Positions 59,135 to 64,000 of a stretch of 64,000 bases of DNA are shown piece by piece; position 1 is the stretch's first letter, and each line of letters starts with the position of its first letter. The notes beneath the pieces were generated by a model, which worked only from the letters and a program-made list of their open reading frames with translations, did not search any database and was not told the origin of the DNA. The stretch comes from Bacteroidia bacterium (GTDB taxonomy: Bacteria > Bacteroidota > Bacteroidia > Bacteroidales > VadinHA17), in the NCBI GenBank assembly GCA_026391215.1, contig JAPLDX010000058.1:32001-96000 (forward strand). The letters run 5' to 3'. The translations under genes were made by a program, and so were the position numbers.

Positions 59135-60316
59135 ATGGAAATGATACCATTTGAGAAAGCCTATGAGATAGTAATGAACTCCTCATTCATCACCGGTAAT
59201 GAAAAAATTCCGTTCACTGAATCATTAAACCGGATACTGGTCACTGATGTTGTCAGCGATATAGATATGCCCCCTTTCAATAAGGCATCAGTTGACGGAT
59301 TCGCATGTAAAAGATCAGACCTGGCAGGTGAACTGGAGGTGATTGAAACTATCCCTGCAGGAAGGTGGCCGGAAACGAGTGTAGGCAAAAACCAGTGTTC
59401 ACGCATTATGACTGGTGCAGCTGTTCCCCAGGGTGCTGATTGCGTCATAATGGTTGAAGATGTCAAAACATTTCCGTCGGGAAAAATCAGACTAACAGGC
59501 TCTTACAGTAAAGAAAATATAGCATTTAAGGGAGAGGATATCAAAAGAGGAGAGGTTGTCCTTAAAAGCGGAAGACAGATCAGTCCCCAGGACATAGCAG
59601 TCATGGCAACTGTCGGACATACATCAGTGACTGTCGGCAAGAGACCAAAAATAGCTGTCATCAGCTCAGGGGATGAGCTTGTTGAACCTGATATAGTTCC
59701 TGTAAATTCCCAGATCAGGAACTGCAATTCATACCAGCTGATTGCCCAGGCGGAGAGGGCAGGAACAAAACCTGTATATTATGGTATAGTAAAGGACGAT
59801 GCCGATGCGACATATTCAATAATTACCAGTGCGATAGACGAAAATGACCTGGTTCTTATTTCCGGAGGTGTTTCCATGGGTGATTTTGATTTTGTCCCTG
59901 CCGTTCTTGAAAAAGCAGGAGTGAGAATTATCTTCACAAGAGTTGCCGTTCAGCCGGGGAAGCCGACAACTTTTGGGGTACATCCGAAAGCGATTGTCTT
60001 CGGACTTCCCGGTAATCCGGTCTCCTCGTTCGTACAGTTTGAGCTCCTGGTCAGGCCTCTGATAAATAAAATGATGGGATTTCTCTGGGAGCCTTTAACC
60101 ATATCATTGCCTATGAGAGAAAGATACTCCAGGAAATCGGCCGACAGGATAGCGCTGATACCTGTCAGCATAACTGGTGACGGATTCGTATTCCCGGTGG
60201 AATTTCACGGTTCAGCCCATATTTCTGCGCTTCCTTCGGCTTCTGGCATTGTGGCAATGCCTCTGGGAGTAAACACATTTGAGAAAGGCGAAATGGTAAA
60301 TGTTCGTCAGATATGA
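59135..60316 (+). CDS. moeA: Molybdopterin molybdo/tungstotransferase MoeA
   Basis: PPFNKASVDGFA, RIMTGA, SSGDEL, SGGVSMGDFD, PGKP, LPGNPVS. Confidence 0.95.
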   Translation: MEMIPFEKAYEIVMNSSFITGNEKIPFTESLNRILVTDVVSDIDMPPFNKASVDGFACKRSDLAGELEVIETIPAGRWPETSVGKNQCSRIMTGAAVPQGADCVIMVEDVKTFPSGKIRLTGSYSKENIAFKGEDIKRGEVVLKSGRQISPQDIAVMATVGHTSVTVGKRPKIAVISSGDELVEPDIVPVNSQIRNCNSYQLIAQAERAGTKPVYYGIVKDDADATYSIITSAIDENDLVLISGGVSMGDFDFVPAVLEKAGVRIIFTRVAVQPGKPTTFGVHPKAIVFGLPGNPVSSFVQFELLVRPLINKMMGFLWEPLTISLPMRERYSRKSADRIALIPVSITGDGFVFPVEFHGSAHISALPSASGIVAMPLGVNTFEKGEMVNVRQI

Positions 60317-60343
60317 CAGGATACATTATAAAGCTTATAAAAA

Positions 60344-60859
60344 ATGGATCTTCCTGATAAATTCGAAGTACTGGTTATAACCCTTAGCGACAGAGCCCAC
60401 AGGGGAGAGTATGAAGACCTCAGCGGACCTCGTATTAAAGAGAGATTATCAGAGTACTTTAATGAACAGAAATGGATCGGAAACTTTAACCTGACACTTA
60501 TCCCTGATGATTCTGCCATACTTGAAGGAATTTTAAAAAGTGCCGGGAGTGTTTATAATTTAATCTTTACAACAGGAGGCACAGGGATTGGCCCCAGGGA
60601 TATTACAGTTGAGACTGTCAGGCCTCTTCTCTCGAAAGAGATCCCGGGGATCATGGAATACGTAAGGGTAAAATACGCTGAGACGAAACCTACAGCTCTT
60701 CTCAGCAGAGGTGTAGCCGGTATTCTCGGTGAAGCCCTGATCTATACGCTGCCCGGATCGGTGAGGGCTGTTGATGAATATATGAACGAGATACTTAAAA
60801 CGCTGCAGCATACAGTTTTAATGCAGTATGGCATAGATAAGCATACGAAGAATCAATAG
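60344..60859 (+). CDS. mog: Molybdopterin adenylyltransferase MogA/MoaB
   Basis: ITLSDR...DLSG, TTGGTGIGPRDIT, LSR, LPGS. Confidence 0.9.
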   Translation: MDLPDKFEVLVITLSDRAHRGEYEDLSGPRIKERLSEYFNEQKWIGNFNLTLIPDDSAILEGILKSAGSVYNLIFTTGGTGIGPRDITVETVRPLLSKEIPGIMEYVRVKYAETKPTALLSRGVAGILGEALIYTLPGSVRAVDEYMNEILKTLQHTVLMQYGIDKHTKNQ

Positions 60860-62142
60860 GTGAGACGGTTATTGGTATTTGCTGCTGCAGTGCCAATCAT
60901 CCGGTCGAAGCGTTCCCGGGGATTTCTGTAATAGACCAGTACGACATAATCATTTTCAGTCTCAAAATGATTGCCTTCAAAAATTGATGCAATACCTTCC
61001 GTATCACCTTTCCTGAGAAAAACATATTCGTAATTATACCAGCCTTGCTTTAGAAGCATTGTACATTCATATTGTCCCTGTTGAGGATTGAATGTCATTA
61101 TGTTATTATCATCTAAATTCCAGTTATTCAGTCCGCCTGACACATACATATTCCCTCCTGTGATCATATACTTAGACGGCAGGGTAAAATATACGTATAC
61201 ATAATCTGCATCAGTTTCCGGATCACGTCCTTCATCTGAAGCTATATAATATTTACCGTTGAAATCCTGCCAGAAAAAATATGGTTTGAATTCCCTGCTC
61301 TCTGAAGGGGCGAGAAATATGTTATAATTCGGTGATACATAATCTATTCTCCTGACAAATTCTGTCTGATATCTGATGCTCTTAATATCGAAATACCTGA
61401 ATTCATTTCCTGCGCTGAAGATGTTTTTTTCAGACATGGCATTGAATTTAAGCACATTGTTTCCGGTAAAATCAGGCTTAAGGTTCTTTTTAGCATTGTT
61501 CCAGCGGCCATTCTGGAGCACAAAACAAAATACATTCCTGAGAGGATCAGTAACCGGGATACCGCTGAGATCGACAGTGAAATCAAACTGCTGGCCCGTG
61601 TTATTGAAAGCCGTTATCAGCGGCCGGTAAGCCCTGAAATCTATTTTAGCCTTGTCTTCAGTAATAATGAATCGCTGTGTCAGCACAGGAGTTTCAGGTT
61701 CTCCGTAGGGATATACCGATAGAATATAGTTTCCTGATAAGAGGAAAGAGATCCTGTCATTAGGGAAGGCCAGGGTATAATGAAAATATTTTACCGTGGT
61801 ATTGAATGATGGCTTCATGTCTTCTATAGGATTATCAGGAAATCCTTCAATATATTCATTCGTGAAAATATCGGACTTATTCCAGTCTTTGTCGCAGTGC
61901 GTGAATGTATAATAGTACGTTTCTGCCTGATCATCAAGAAGATCAAAATGAAGGAGAAGCTTCTCACCACCGTTCAGCTTTATGATCGGGTACGAAAAGT
62001 TCCAGCCTTCCTTATAAAGCTGAACAGTTTTGATCCTTTTATCAAATACACTGTTTGTATAAGACATAGGGTCCTGTTCCCCACCATATAACAGCTGAAA
62101 TGCGAGGTTTAAAACTATTATAAATATTAGCGTCCTGCCCAT
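60853..62142 (-). CDS. DUF5103 protein (T9SS plug-like)
   Basis: IKTVQL, HCDKDW, SGNY, GNEFRYFD, LKQGWYNY, EGNHFETENDY. Confidence 0.8.
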   Translation of the reverse strand: MGRTLIFIIVLNLAFQLLYGGEQDPMSYTNSVFDKRIKTVQLYKEGWNFSYPIIKLNGGEKLLLHFDLLDDQAETYYYTFTHCDKDWNKSDIFTNEYIEGFPDNPIEDMKPSFNTTVKYFHYTLAFPNDRISFLLSGNYILSVYPYGEPETPVLTQRFIITEDKAKIDFRAYRPLITAFNNTGQQFDFTVDLSGIPVTDPLRNVFCFVLQNGRWNNAKKNLKPDFTGNNVLKFNAMSEKNIFSAGNEFRYFDIKSIRYQTEFVRRIDYVSPNYNIFLAPSESREFKPYFFWQDFNGKYYIASDEGRDPETDADYVYVYFTLPSKYMITGGNMYVSGGLNNWNLDDNNIMTFNPQQGQYECTMLLKQGWYNYEYVFLRKGDTEGIASIFEGNHFETENDYVVLVYYRNPRERFDRMIGTAAANTNNRLTY

Positions 62143-62226
62143 AAATTGATACTACTGATAAGTGTAAACAAAAATAGTGCAAAATTATTATTCCATATTT
62201 TGTATTTTTGAATTAAAGTAAAATCT

Positions 62227-63243
62227 ATGAGCAATAAATTTTTTACTCTTGTTTTGTTATTCATCCTGATTATTACTTCCTGCAAAGATAAAGAATCTGG
62301 TTTTTCAAGTTTCAACGGATTTGTCCAAGGTACCACCTATAGTATAGTATTTGAGAATAATGATCATATAAATCTGATTGAGCTCAGATCAAAGGTTGAA
62401 GAAATCCTGCACGATTTCGATATGTCATTATCTCTTTACCAGGATTCATCCATACTTTCAATGATAAACCGTAATGAAGAGGCCATGCCTGATTCATTTT
62501 TCATTGAAGCCTTCGACAGGTCAAAAGAGATAAACCTTACAACAGGGGGCGCTTTCGATATTACTGTGGGTCCCCTTGTGGAAGCATGGGGATTCGGACC
62601 TGATGAACAGAAATCTTTTACTGAGTCAAAACGCGACTCTCTGTTAAGCCTTGTGGGTATGGAAAAAGTGGAGATCAGGGATGGCAGGGTGTATAAAACG
62701 GATCCGCATATCCACCTTGATTTCAATGCCATTGCCCAGGGGTATTCTGTCGATATTATCTCTGAATATTTTGGCGGTCTGGGTATCGAACGCTTCCTTG
62801 TAGAAATAGGTGGCGAAGTAAGGGTAAAAGGCGATAAGAAGGGAGTACTGTGGAGGATCGGAATTGACAGGCCGGAAGATAACAACATGTCTCCCGGGAC
62901 AGATCTTCAGGCAATTATCAGCCTGAAGGACAGATCTTTGGCAACTTCAGGCAATTACAGGAAATTCTATGTTGAAGACGGTATCAAGTACTCCCATACT
63001 ATTGATCCTAAAACAGGTTACCCGGCCAGGAACCAGCTTTTAAGTGCAACAATTATTGCTGATGACTGTGCAACTGCTGATGGAATTGCGACTGCATGTA
63101 TGGTCATGGGGAAAGACAGGACTATCGATTTTCTCAACCTGCATCCTGAGTTTGAAGCCTACCTGATTTTTTCAGATGATGAAGGGAATTTTAAAACGTG
63201 GGCAACCAGGAACCTGACGGAATTTATTTCACTACCTGAATGA
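62227..63243 (+). CDS. apbE: FAD:protein FMN transferase ApbE lipoprotein
   Basis: Lipobox TSC, QGTTY, FDITVGP, AIAQGY, EIGGE, ATSGNYR, SHTIDPKTG. Confidence 0.95.
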   Translation: MSNKFFTLVLLFILIITSCKDKESGFSSFNGFVQGTTYSIVFENNDHINLIELRSKVEEILHDFDMSLSLYQDSSILSMINRNEEAMPDSFFIEAFDRSKEINLTTGGAFDITVGPLVEAWGFGPDEQKSFTESKRDSLLSLVGMEKVEIRDGRVYKTDPHIHLDFNAIAQGYSVDIISEYFGGLGIERFLVEIGGEVRVKGDKKGVLWRIGIDRPEDNNMSPGTDLQAIISLKDRSLATSGNYRKFYVEDGIKYSHTIDPKTGYPARNQLLSATIIADDCATADGIATACMVMGKDRTIDFLNLHPEFEAYLIFSDDEGNFKTWATRNLTEFISLPE

Positions 63244-63271
63244 TGAGAAAGCCGGTTCCGGATAAGTACTG

Positions 63272-63360
63272 ACTCCCCGATCCCCCTAAAAAGGGGCTAA
63301 ATCGTTATCACTTATGGGTTTATCCCCCCTTCAGGGGACAGACGCGAAGCGTCGGGGAGT
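63272..63360. repeat. REP-like multi-hairpin element between convergent genes
   Basis: Terminal IR ACTCCCCGA/TCGGGGAGT enclosing CCCCTAAAAAGGGG, CCCCTTCAGGGG and GACGCGAAGCGTC. Confidence 0.75.
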
Positions 63361-64000
63361 TATCTTGTGGTCGTGATTATATTCAGTAATTCTTTTGCAG
63401 CATCACTGGGCCCTGAAGTTTCATACCCCGGTATTCCCAGTCTTGTCCTCATTTGCCCTACAAATACATTCTTCCTGAAGAAGGATTCAAAATATCTCGT
63501 GGCGATATTTTCGTGAATCTCCCTGTATTCCGGAGGTCCGAAGATATTGGCAAAATAGGAATTCACCAGCCCGCTTGATGTTGTTGTTCCCTTGCTCATT
63601 ACCGAGCCTCTCCTGAATACCTCGATAGCCTCATCTGCTGAATCAAATTTCTCGATTACTGGGTGTTCATTATCAATTTCCTCATAATTATTTGCATAGA
63701 GTATGTAGTCAATCCTTTGACCTTTTATCACGTTCTCAAATGTTGTTACCGGAATCACAATTCTTGCATTAACCTGGCTGGGATTCATAATTATTGATCT
63801 ATCGAGATGTCCGAAAGCATATCCGGGCTGAAGGTCATCAAGCCGGAGGAAAGCTCCGGTCTCGGTACCATAGCCGACAGGAAATCCTTCATCATCAAGT
63901 TCTATTGATCCCATATCATCAGCTATGATGCTAAGCTCACGGATATGTTTATCTCCAAGCACCCGGAATGCTTCGAGCGTCTCTGATTTTCCTGCTCCTG
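63360..64000 (-). CDS. C-terminal part of a PEP carboxykinase-like P-loop protein (5' end outside the window)
   Basis: Frame open to the edge: GAGKSETLE (P-loop), IIADDMG, GTETGAFLRLDDL, NARI. Confidence 0.65.
   Translation of the reverse strand, partial: GAGKSETLEAFRVLGDKHIRELSIIADDMGSIELDDEGFPVGYGTETGAFLRLDDLQPGYAFGHLDRSIIMNPSQVNARIVIPVTTFENVIKGQRIDYILYANNYEEIDNEHPVIEKFDSADEAIEVFRRGSVMSKGTTTSSGLVNSYFANIFGPPEYREIHENIATRYFESFFRKNVFVGQMRTRLGIPGYETSGPSDAAKELLNIITTTR

Noticed and set aside
125-62888. Many short antisense or alternate-frame ORFs in the track (e.g. 3045-3608, 9427-9963, 39338-39856, 62436-62888)
   Set aside because: They lie inside well-supported genes and have no recognisable motifs; treated as shadow ORFs.
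1-64000. tRNA, rRNA, prophage, recoding or defence system
   Set aside because: No cloverleaf, rRNA, phage or defence motifs and no conserved in-frame stops or frameshifts seen by eye; a covariance-model search could still find small RNAs.

Overview
This is a gene-dense, mostly housekeeping chromosomal segment from a Bacteroidota (probably an anaerobic Bacteroidales) genome. The assignment rests on TAnnTTTG -7 promoter boxes, T9SS/gliding genes (gldE, porG-like, PorP/SprF, DUF5103, type A and type B CTD proteins), the porG-uppS-bamA-ompH-ompH-murI block and a Bacteroidota-type bS22 small ORF. I found no rRNA, tRNA or CRISPR. The non-routine content is as follows. (1) An ECF sigma gene followed by a membrane-anchored, anti-sigma-like protein ending in PKD domains and a T9SS type B secretion signal, with a PorP/SprF gene next to it; this is a candidate secretion-coupled signalling system. 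(2) Two tandem paralogous receiver-like/PPDK_N/His-motif proteins lacking a pyruvate-binding barrel, directly after korAB. (3) A Y1 (RAYT/IS200-like) transposase flanked by inverted composite REP units and a ~60-bp direct repeat, with related REP-like hairpins elsewhere. (4) An AOR-family oxidoreductase with moeA, mog and divergent ThiS/ThiF. (5) Several readable cis-motifs: a shared ECF promoter, LytTR-type 21-bp repeats, and TetR-like and Crp/Fnr-like palindromes. (6) An alpha/beta-hydrolase remnant. All functional calls come from motif recognition by eye, not database searches.
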